Source: an uncultured Bacteroidales bacterium
GTDB taxonomy: Bacteria > Bacteroidota > Bacteroidia > Bacteroidales > JAFGXI01
Direction: 5' to 3'
Length of the DNA stretch: 64,000 nt
NCBI GenBank assembly: GCA_947311115.1
Contig: CAMZKE010000045.1
Coordinates: 1,425 to 65,424 of the forward strand
Made by a program: the position numbers and the translations under genes. Of the stretch, positions 55,810 through 64,000 are shown piece by piece; within the stretch, counting starts at the first letter, position 1; the number at the start of each line of letters is the position of its first letter. The notes under the pieces are model-generated. The model worked only from the letters and a program-made list of their open reading frames with translations, ran no database searches and was not told the origin of the DNA.

Positions 55810-57954
55810 ATGAGATATTATATTTTATTGGTTATTATATTTATGTCGTTAGTTTCTGTTGCTCAGAAAACTATCGTTATTAAAAGTGATACCATAGACT
55901 CTTATCCTGTATCAGAATATGTGTATATTTATAAAGATACAGCTCGGAACATGAGCATTGATAAGATGATTCTGTTTGAAAATGAAAAATATTTTACTCT
56001 TAATAACTCATCAAATATTAATTTTGGCTTTACTAAAGATATTTATTGGATAAAATTTTCGGTTATTAATAAAACTAATCGAGTTAAAAACTTAGTATTT
56101 TCAATTGATTATCCGTTATTACGATCTATTCATTTTTACGCAATAAAAGGAACCGATTTAGAGAAGAAAGTAATAACAGGAGAACAGGAAGTGTTTTCTT
56201 CACGCGATATAAAAGACCGCACATTTCTTTTTGATTTAGACCTAGAGCCGAACATACAATACTCATATTTTGTTAGGGTTAATAGCGAGGGTACAACTCT
56301 TCGCTTACCTATGTCTATAAACACTTATAAGTCATACATTAAAGCCAATAATTAAAAAGTTATTATTAATGGTGTATTAGTTGGATTATTACTGTTTTCA
56401 ATTTTATTTAATCTATTTCTACTTATTGTTACCAGAGATATTATAAATTTTTATTATACTGTTTTTGTGTTCTTGTTGGCATTCTTTTTAATAAATATTA
56501 CAGGTTTAACATACAAAAATTTATGGCCAAATATGCCATGGTGGCAACAACATTCTACAACAATGTTTGCTGCAGCTGCCAATATATTTTTATTATTATT
56601 TACACGCGAATTTTTTAATTTTAAGAAAAACCATAAATTTATTAATAAACTAACATGGGGCATAATTATTTTAATAATAATTTCACTAATATTAAATGTA
56701 TTTGATTCTACTTTTAGTTTGTCAATGTTGATGGTAAACATTATATCACTTATTGTGATATTTTTAATATTTACAGTTTCTATTTTAGGCTTGTTTGACA
56801 AAAATAAATTAGCAATATATTTCCTATTTTCATTTACAGCATTAGTTATTGGCACAACCTTATATGTCCTTCGTAACCTTGGAATAATTGACAGCAATAC
56901 ACTCGCAGAAAGTGGCTTAAAAATAGGTTTTCTTGTAGAAATAATATTTTTAATGTTTGCTGTGTTACATAGGTATAGATATCTTGAAAAAGTAGATAAT
57001 AACAGATTAGAAAATTTAGTAAAAGAAAGAACTAAAAAATTAGTTACTCAAAAGGAAGAGATTGAAACCCAGCGTGATAGAATTTTGTCGCAACACAAAG
57101 AAGTTTTAATGCAGAAAAATTTAATTTCAGAAAAAAATAATGAAATTAAAGATAGCTTTAATTATGCTAAATTAATTCAAAATGCTGTGCTAACGCCTCG
57201 CAAAGAGTTAGATAGAGTTCTTGATGATTATTTTATAATAAATTTACCAAAAGAAACTCTTGGTGGCGACTTTTATTGGACATACGAACAAAATGGTAGA
57301 GTTTATATTGCTGTTGCAGACTGTACAGGACATGGAGTTCCCGGAGCAATGATGAGTATGCTTGGTATTTCAGCACTGAATGAAATTGTGAGAAAATACG
57401 ATGATATAAAACCATCAGAAATTTTAAATGAATTAAGTACAAATATTCAAAAGGCATTACACCAAGAAGGTGCAATTGGAGAGTCGAAAGATGGTATGGA
57501 TATAAGTGTTTGCATGATAGATAAGGTTACTAACACAATGCTTTATGCAGGGGCTAATAATCCTATTTATATCATTAGAAATGATAAGTTTAATGTTGAT
57601 TATTCTGATGATAGATTTAAATTATTTGAGTTTGATAATAATTTGCTGTTAGAGCTTAAAGCAGATAAAATGACGATAGGTTATAATTATAATAAAACTA
57701 ATAAATTTTCTGATAAAAAAGTAAACATAAAAAATGGCGATATGATTTATATGTTTTCCGATGGTTTTTCTGACCAATTTGGTGGAGAAAATGGAAATAA
57801 ATATAAATTAGGAAGATTTAGAAATTTATTAGCCAATAATAGCACTATACAAAATAGATTAGAACAATATGATGTTATTATGGCTGAATTATATAATTGG
57901 AAAAATAATATTGAACAAATAGACGATATTCTTATTCTTGGAATGAGAATGTAA
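55810..57954 (+). pseudogene. 7TMR-DISM sensor / PP2C (SpoIIE) phosphatase gene interrupted by a single in-frame TAA at 56353-56355
   Basis: ORFs 55810..56355 and 56467..57954 are in the same frame. Manual translation of 56356-56466 has no further stop and encodes the missing TM helices (KVIINGVLVGLLLFSILFNLFLLIVTRDIINFYYTVF). C-terminal DCTGHGVPGAMMS and FSDGFSDQFGG are SpoIIE/PP2C motifs. Confidence 0.7.
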
Positions 57955-57956
57955 AT

Positions 57957-58370
57957 TTATAAAGATTTAAAAATACGAGCCAAAGAGTATCCCGGTGCAT
58001 TTAAATCTAAATCTAAAAAATATCCGAATGGAGTTTGATACACTTCGTAATCAGCATTCTTTAAGCGAGCTTCTGCCTTATCGAAAAGTTGTTTTGTAAA
58101 TTCTGCCGAGGCTTTACTTTCCGATAAATGAGCAAAAGAATGTAAAATTACACGTTTTGTATTGTTTTTCGATGCAGCCCATTTTAGGTTTTTAACCATC
58201 TTTTTTTCAAAAGCATTAAACTCTTTTTCTTCGTCTTCTGCTTCGGCATGAATAAATGCAACTAAACAATCGGTATATTCTTTACCATCGTTTATAGTTT
58301 CGTATTCTTCTAAATTCTTAATTTTTGGTAAATAACCAAATTTATCGGAGTATATCATTAATAGTTTCAT
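57957..58370 (-). CDS. stand-alone homolog of the archaeal threonyl-tRNA synthetase editing domain (DTD-like fold)
   Basis: MKLLMIYSDKFGY...CLVAFIHAEAEDE...RVILHSFAHLSESKA...YEVYQTPFGYF...GYSLARIF parallels the Pyrococcus ThrRS N-terminal editing domain as I remember it. Confidence 0.6.
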   Translation of the reverse strand: MKLLMIYSDKFGYLPKIKNLEEYETINDGKEYTDCLVAFIHAEAEDEEKEFNAFEKKMVKNLKWAASKNNTKRVILHSFAHLSESKASAEFTKQLFDKAEARLKNADYEVYQTPFGYFLDLDLNAPGYSLARIFKSL

Positions 58371-58373
58371 AGT

Positions 58374-58468
58374 ATTTAATCTGTTTGTATTTAATTCCCC
58401 CCCCCTTTTTTAGCGTTTAAAAAATTGTTATTTCATATTAATATTTGTTCACTTTCGGCGAGGATGTC
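58374..58468. repeat. dispersed ~95-bp intergenic element, copy 3 (degenerate interior)
   Basis: ATTTAATCTGTTTGTATTTAATTCCCCC...TTTCGGCGAGGATGTC shares both ends with copy 2. Confidence 0.6.
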
Positions 58469-58482
58469 CATTTTTATGCAAT

Positions 58483-59616
58483 TTAATAAATTTTTGTTCC
58501 AACAGCAAATTCAATAAAATCAGCTTTAGCACCGTTTTGAGTTTTAAAACTTATTTGTGCGAAAAAATGATTTGTAATATTATATCTATATCCTAATCTT
58601 GCCCATAATCTACCTTTTAAAGTGGTATAATTAAAGTAGGTGCCTAAATCAGTTAAAAAGTCGAATTTATTTATATGTAAAACATGCGATAAGTGTATGG
58701 TGTAAAATATTCGTTGAGTCTCGGTTTTGTTTTCGTAACCTGCATGAGTAATGATAGAGCCATCGTAAAACGCATCTAATCCGCCACCCCAACTTGTAAT
58801 AGGAGAATATCGACGGTTGTAATTTGCAGAAATAGACCACATTAAATATAATGGTGATTCTGTATTATAAGTCTCAACACATGCTCCAATAGCTCCAAAA
58901 ACAACAAACGAATTTTTCTTAAATTTAGGCACTTCAATTATATTAATATTTTTGCCTCTATAAAATTTATCGTCATATTTTTTTGTATTAAAATAATAGC
59001 GAATACTTGCATTAACACCGTAATTATTTAGTCCGTAATTTGGCATTTTTAAAGCTCCATTTGAAAAATGAGTAAAATGCCCACCTAAAATAAAATCTAA
59101 TCGTTGCGATATTTGGTATTTAAAATTAAATTCAATATTTGCAAAATACTCAACTGGTGTACTTATTACATCGTTTAAACTATCTTTTGAAGTTGTATGG
59201 TATTTATCGAAAAAGCCTAAACCTAATGAATATTCATAATTAAACGAAAACTTTTTTATTCTAAAAAAATTACCGTTAAAAAATACATGAAATGCAAATG
59301 GGTTGCCTAAAATATTAGGGCTGTTATAAAAACCTTTGTAAAATCCTATTCCATAACTAGGATATCCCCACTTTTTATGCCACCAATTACTGCCTTTTGT
59401 TTGAATACCAAATTTTATATTTATTGCTGTGTAATTATCGTTTAAAATACCATTATTACTGTTATTTAAAAAGTAACCGTATTGAAATTCGGGTTCAATA
59501 TAAAATAACTTTGTGTTTATACTATCTTGAGCAAAAACATTAAAACTTATAAATAATATTATATAGAAAATAAACTTTTTAATTTTCAAACCTTTTATTT
59601 TTTCTAAACTTTCCAA
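58483..59616 (-). CDS. acyloxyacyl hydrolase / PagL-like outer-membrane lipid A deacylase family
   Basis: Beta-barrel-like sequence with the GGHFTHFSNG motif. Confidence 0.55.
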   Translation of the reverse strand: MESLEKIKGLKIKKFIFYIILFISFNVFAQDSINTKLFYIEPEFQYGYFLNNSNNGILNDNYTAINIKFGIQTKGSNWWHKKWGYPSYGIGFYKGFYNSPNILGNPFAFHVFFNGNFFRIKKFSFNYEYSLGLGFFDKYHTTSKDSLNDVISTPVEYFANIEFNFKYQISQRLDFILGGHFTHFSNGALKMPNYGLNNYGVNASIRYYFNTKKYDDKFYRGKNINIIEVPKFKKNSFVVFGAIGACVETYNTESPLYLMWSISANYNRRYSPITSWGGGLDAFYDGSIITHAGYENKTETQRIFYTIHLSHVLHINKFDFLTDLGTYFNYTTLKGRLWARLGYRYNITNHFFAQISFKTQNGAKADFIEFAVGTKIY

Positions 59617-59624
59617 CTTTCTAA

Positions 59625-61751
59625 CTAATTGAGTTTTTCTTTTAATTTTAACTGAATTCTGTTTCTTTGTTTATCAATATCTAAAACTTCAACCATAACT
59701 TGTTGGTGTAGGCGAACAATTTTATGAGGGTCGTTAATAAATTCGTCAGCCATATTTGAAATGTGAATTAAGCCATTTTGTTTTATACCAATATCGGTAA
59801 AAGCACCAAAGTTAGTTACATTATTAATTATTCCGGGTAAAATATCTCCTGATTTTATATCGTCAATAGTTTTAATGTCAGCAAATTCGTGAACCCTAAC
59901 AGCTTTGCGTGGGTCTAAGCCGGGTTTTAAAAGTTCGGTTTTAATATCTTTTAGTGTTTCTAAACCAATTTTATTGGAAGCATATTTTTGAATATCAATA
60001 TTATTAATTAGGTTTTCGTTGCCAATTAATTCGGTTACTTTTAATGATAAATCCTTAGCAATTTTATTTACAATTTTGTAGCTTTCAGGGTGTACTGCTG
60101 AGTTATCGAGAGGATTATCGCCATTTTTTATACGTAAAAACCCGGCACATTGCTCAAAGGCTTTTGCACCCATTCCTTTTACTTTTTTTATTTCGTTTCT
60201 ATTATTAAATGCACCGTTTTCGGTACGGTATTTTATAATTTCCGATGCAAGTTTATCGCCAATACCGGCTACATATTTAAGTAAATATTTCGATGCAGTA
60301 TTTATGTCAACTCCAACTTTATTTACGCAACTTTCTACTACTAAATCCAAGTTTTCTTGTAAAAGTTTTTGGTCAACATCGTGTTGATATTGCCCAACTC
60401 CAATCGATTTTGGTTCAATTTTAACAAGCTCAGAAAGAGGGTCAACCAAGCGGCGACCAATAGAAACAGTTCCTCTAACAGTAACGTCATACTCAGGAAA
60501 TTCCTCTCTGCCAACTTTCGATGCTGAGTAAATTGATGCTCCGGCTTCATTTACAATATATACTCTTACCTCACGGTCAAATTTTGTGTTTTTTACTAAG
60601 CGTTCGGTTTCTCTACTAGCTGTACCATTTCCTATTGCAATGGCTTCTATTTTGTATTGTTCAACGAGCAAGCCAAGTTTTTTCATAGCTTGTTTATATT
60701 CATTTTTAGGAGGGTGAGGATATATTGTTGCATTGTTAAGCAAATCACCTTGTTCGTTTAAACAAGCTAATTTACAACCTGTTCTAAATCCGGGATCAAT
60801 AGCTAATACACGTTTTTGCCCAAGTGGTGGAAGCAATAATAATTGACGTAAATTTTCAGCAAATACTGTGATAGACTCCTTATCAGCTTTTTCTTTCTGT
60901 TTTTTTAAGAATTCGTTTTCTAGCGATGGCTGTATAAGTCGTTTATACGAATCTTTTATTGCTTTTTGCATTAATTTACTCGATTCGTTATTCGATTTTA
61001 TAAAAATACGCTCTATTCTGTTTAAAGCACTTTCTTCGTCAACATTAGCTTTCAGTCGTAAAAAACCTTCAGTTACAGCTCTGTTTATTGCTAAAAACCT
61101 ATGTGAAGGAATGCGGTTTAAACTTTCATTCCAATCAAAGTAATCTTTATATTTATCGGCTTCTTCTTTTTTACTTGAAACAACTTTAGATATTATTTCT
61201 GCATTGCGTTCAAATTGTTGACGTATATTTTTACGTGTTATTTCATTTTCGCTAACACGCTCTGCAATAATATCTAAAGCTCCTTGTATTGCATCGTTAA
61301 CATTATCAACATTATTATTTAAAAACCTTTCAGCTTTGAAAAACGGAGCAGTTTCGTTTTGCTTCATTATTATATTTGCCAATGGTTCTAAACCCTTTTC
61401 TTTTGCAACACTAGCCTTTGTTTTGCGTTTTTGTTTATATGGTAAGTATATATCTTCAAGAGTATCTATATCAATAGCATTATTAATCCTATTTTGTAGT
61501 TCATCGTTAAGTTTTCCTTGCTCGTTTATCGATTTCAATATTGCCTCTTTTCTTTTATCAAATTCTAAAAGAATTTTATATTCTTTTTGTATATCGGCAA
61601 TCATAACTTCATCTAAATTGCCTGTTAATTCTTTTCTGTATCTCGATATAAAAGGGATTGTAGCACCTTCGTTAAGTAAATTTAGAGTGTTGCGAACACT
61701 GTTTTCTTTTATATTTAAACTTTTGGCAATTCTCGAAATATATTGTTCCAT
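59625..61751 (-). CDS. tex: Tex-family transcription accessory protein (S1 RNA-binding domain at C-terminus)
   Basis: Start trimmed to ATG 61751 (MEQYISRIAKSLNIKENSVRNTLNLLNEGATIPFISRYRKE). YqgF-like and HhH regions. C-terminal S1 domain GIINNVTNFGAFTDIG. Confidence 0.9.
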   Translation of the reverse strand: MEQYISRIAKSLNIKENSVRNTLNLLNEGATIPFISRYRKELTGNLDEVMIADIQKEYKILLEFDKRKEAILKSINEQGKLNDELQNRINNAIDIDTLEDIYLPYKQKRKTKASVAKEKGLEPLANIIMKQNETAPFFKAERFLNNNVDNVNDAIQGALDIIAERVSENEITRKNIRQQFERNAEIISKVVSSKKEEADKYKDYFDWNESLNRIPSHRFLAINRAVTEGFLRLKANVDEESALNRIERIFIKSNNESSKLMQKAIKDSYKRLIQPSLENEFLKKQKEKADKESITVFAENLRQLLLLPPLGQKRVLAIDPGFRTGCKLACLNEQGDLLNNATIYPHPPKNEYKQAMKKLGLLVEQYKIEAIAIGNGTASRETERLVKNTKFDREVRVYIVNEAGASIYSASKVGREEFPEYDVTVRGTVSIGRRLVDPLSELVKIEPKSIGVGQYQHDVDQKLLQENLDLVVESCVNKVGVDINTASKYLLKYVAGIGDKLASEIIKYRTENGAFNNRNEIKKVKGMGAKAFEQCAGFLRIKNGDNPLDNSAVHPESYKIVNKIAKDLSLKVTELIGNENLINNIDIQKYASNKIGLETLKDIKTELLKPGLDPRKAVRVHEFADIKTIDDIKSGDILPGIINNVTNFGAFTDIGIKQNGLIHISNMADEFINDPHKIVRLHQQVMVEVLDIDKQRNRIQLKLKEKLN

Positions 61752-61878
61752 ATTTTTTATTTGTGTATGCAAAAATAGAAAATAATAAATAAAAAGCTTG
61801 TTAATTTCTTTGTTGATAAGAATTTTACACATATTCATATTTTAGTATGTTAATTTTTATTTTTGTACAAAAGGATAA

Positions 61879-63717
61879 TTGCAGAAAATGACAGAGAAGT
61901 ATTCAGAAGATTCAATAAAAACGCTCGATTGGAAAGAACACATCAGACGTCGTCCGGGAATGTACATTGGAAAACTTGGTGATGGGACATCAGCTGATGA
62001 TGGCATTTATATTTTAATAAAAGAGGTTTTAGATAATTCTATTGATGAATACATGATGGGTAATGGAAAGCAAATAGACATTACTATTACTGATGAATTT
62101 GTTACAATACGAGATTACGGGCGGGGTATTCCTTTAGGAAAAGTAAAAGATGTTGTATCTAAAATGAATACAGGAGCCAAATACGATAGCAAAGTATTTA
62201 AAAAAACTGTAGGACTTAATGGTGTAGGAACAAAAGCCGTAAATGCATTATCCGAAAAATTTATTATTACCTCGTATCGTGAAGGCGAAGCTAAAGCCGT
62301 AGAGTTTTCTAGAGGTGAGGTTGTTACTGATGATAAAATTTTTAAAACTGAAGAAAACAACGGAACCAAAGTAATTTTTTATCCTGATAAAGAAATATTT
62401 AAGAATTATAAATATAATTTTGAGTTTATTGAAACAATGTGCCGTAACTATGTTTATTTAAACACAGGGCTTACATTAATTTTAAATGGACAGAAATTTA
62501 ATTCAAAACACGGACTTCGAGATTTACTTAACGAAAATATGAGTGGTGAGGGTTTATATCCAATAATTCATTTTGTTGACGATGATATAGAAATAGCTCT
62601 TACACATGGAAATCAGTATGGAGAAGAATATTATACATTTGTTAATGGACAGCATACAACTCAGGGAGGTACTCACTTAATAGCATTTAGAGAGGCAATA
62701 GTTAAAACTGTCCGCGAATTTTATAACAAAAGTTTCGATGCTTCTGATATTCGCACGTCAATAGTTGGGGCAATAAGTATAAAAGTTGAAGAACCGGTTT
62801 TTGAATCTCAAACAAAAACTAAACTTGGCTCAAAAGAAATGGAGCCAAATGGAGCAACTGTTCGTAATTTTATTGTAGATTTTATAAAAACGAAACTCGA
62901 CAATTATTTACATAAGCATCCTGATACCGCAGAAATATTATTACATAAAATTCAAAGTTCAGAAAAAGAGCGAAAGGCTATTTCCGGAATTAAGAAGATA
63001 GCGAGAGAGCGAGCAAAAAAAGTATCGTTACACAACAAAAAATTACGCGATTGCAAAATACATTATAGTACAAATAAAGATAGAACAGAAGAGACCCAAA
63101 TATTTATTACAGAGGGCGATTCGGCTAGTGGTTCAATAACAAAGGCTCGCGATGTACAAACGCAAGCCGTGTTTAGTTTAAAAGGTAAACCACTTAATAG
63201 TTATGGACTTACAAAAAAAATTGTTTATACTAACGAAGAATTTAATTTATTGCAAGCAGCACTTAATATTGAAGATGGTTTAGATACATTACGTTATAAT
63301 AAAGTTATAATTGCAACTGATGCCGATGTTGATGGTATGCATATTAGATTGTTGCTTATAACTTTCTTTTTGCAATTTTTTCCTGAATTAATAAAAGCCG
63401 ACCATTTATTTATATTACAAACACCTTTGTTTAGAGTTAGAAACAAACAAAAAACTTTTTACTGTTATTCTGATGAGGAAAGACAACATGCTATTAAAGA
63501 GTTAAAAGGCCAGCCGGAAATCACACGATTTAAAGGACTTGGTGAAATATCGCCAAAAGAATTTAGTGCATTTATTGGCGAAGAAATAAGGTTAGAAAAA
63601 GTTGAACTGAAGAAATACGACAATATTGGCGATTTATTAGAATTTTATATGGGTAAAAATACACCTGATAGACAAGACTTTATTGTAAATAACTTAAAAA
63701 TAGAAGAAGAAATCTAA
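61879..63717 (+). CDS. parE: DNA topoisomerase IV subunit B (type IIA topoisomerase B subunit)
   Basis: [48 protein letters not shown]-like and DADVDGMHI motifs. 612 aa and followed by parC. The start may be ATG 61888. Confidence 0.8.
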   Translation: MQKMTEKYSEDSIKTLDWKEHIRRRPGMYIGKLGDGTSADDGIYILIKEVLDNSIDEYMMGNGKQIDITITDEFVTIRDYGRGIPLGKVKDVVSKMNTGAKYDSKVFKKTVGLNGVGTKAVNALSEKFIITSYREGEAKAVEFSRGEVVTDDKIFKTEENNGTKVIFYPDKEIFKNYKYNFEFIETMCRNYVYLNTGLTLILNGQKFNSKHGLRDLLNENMSGEGLYPIIHFVDDDIEIALTHGNQYGEEYYTFVNGQHTTQGGTHLIAFREAIVKTVREFYNKSFDASDIRTSIVGAISIKVEEPVFESQTKTKLGSKEMEPNGATVRNFIVDFIKTKLDNYLHKHPDTAEILLHKIQSSEKERKAISGIKKIARERAKKVSLHNKKLRDCKIHYSTNKDRTEETQIFITEGDSASGSITKARDVQTQAVFSLKGKPLNSYGLTKKIVYTNEEFNLLQAALNIEDGLDTLRYNKVIIATDADVDGMHIRLLLITFFLQFFPELIKADHLFILQTPLFRVRNKQKTFYCYSDEERQHAIKELKGQPEITRFKGLGEISPKEFSAFIGEEIRLEKVELKKYDNIGDLLEFYMGKNTPDRQDFIVNNLKIEEEI

Positions 63718-63746
63718 TATTTTAGAACAATTAGTAATCGAGAAAA

Positions 63747-64000
63747 ATGACAGACGGAATAGAAAACATAGATGAACAAAATAAGGAGGATATTCAATCC
63801 GTTGAAAATATAGAAAATTCTGAAGAACCAGGTAAAATTACCAAACTTGGAGGAATGTTTCGAGAATGGTTTTTAGACTATGCATCGTATGTTATTTTAG
63901 AACGAGCTGTACCTCATTTGTATGATGGATTAAAACCAGTTCAGCGTCGTATTTTGCACTCTATGAAACGCTTAGATGATGGACGCTACAATAAGGTTGC
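63747..64000 (+). CDS. parC: DNA topoisomerase IV subunit A, N-terminal fragment (runs off the window)
   Basis: Manual translation from ATG 63747: [11 protein letters not shown]...[43 protein letters not shown]. Confidence 0.8.
   Translation, partial: MTDGIENIDEQNKEDIQSVENIENSEEPGKITKLGGMFREWFLDYASYVILERAVPHLYDGLKPVQRRILHSMKRLDDGRYNKV

Noticed and set aside
56353-56355. Stop-codon reassignment or programmed readthrough of TAA
   Set aside because: TAA is the normal terminator of most genes in this window, including neighbours, so a lineage-wide reassignment is implausible. Nonsense mutation or sequencing error is the simpler explanation.
61752-61838. 29-codon N-terminal extension of Tex (MNMCKILINKEINKLFIYYF...); similar extensions on the OmpA-like, GH18 and PIN ORFs
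   Set aside because: The extensions are hydrophobic or AT-rich read-through of upstream sequence. The conserved protein N-termini begin at internal Met codons, so starts were trimmed.

Overview
AT-rich Bacteroidota-type chromosome segment (T9SS sorting domains, GH92/GH18 enzymes, frdCAB-type succinate dehydrogenase). It has two parts. (1) Bases 1-18300 are an integration hotspot at a tRNA-Asp(GTC) gene. A conjugative-element-like fragment lies at the left: a truncated ArdC-like gene, two small ORFs, a 344-bp imperfect palindrome and a 411-aa tyrosine integrase. It abuts a separate ~14.6-kb insertion (3665-18223) bounded by a 13-bp direct repeat that duplicates the tRNA 3' end. That insertion encodes a Rep_1-type HUH rolling-circle initiator with a CTTGATAATA motif just upstream, an SSB, an HTH protein and 10-bp phased iterons. 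A long co-directional block follows, with no terminase, portal, tail or Walker-A ATPase that I can see. The block has many single-pass membrane proteins and three small beta-rich proteins, one with an Arg-rich N-terminal arm. It also has a 693-aa transglutaminase-like protein, a membrane-anchored single annexin repeat, a signal-anchored M15 peptidase, a membrane J-domain protein and a 3TM holin-like protein. A PIN/Phd toxin-antitoxin pair and a second integrase sit at the right end. I read it as a temperate, tail-less, possibly ssDNA and/or membrane-containing phage-like element of a type I cannot place; this is the best candidate for something undescribed. (2) Bases 18300-64000 are ordinary core genes (pth, rplY, prs, sdhCAB, acnB, recG, tnaA-like, ppa, tex, parE/parC, sugar utilisation, lipases). 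Odd non-coding features are scattered through them: ~100-bp structured tandem repeats in three arrays, each upstream of a gene; a dispersed ~95-bp intergenic element in three copies; and a sensor phosphatase gene split by one in-frame TAA. No rRNA or CRISPR array was found. All calls come from reading the sequence and from remembered family motifs; no searches were run.
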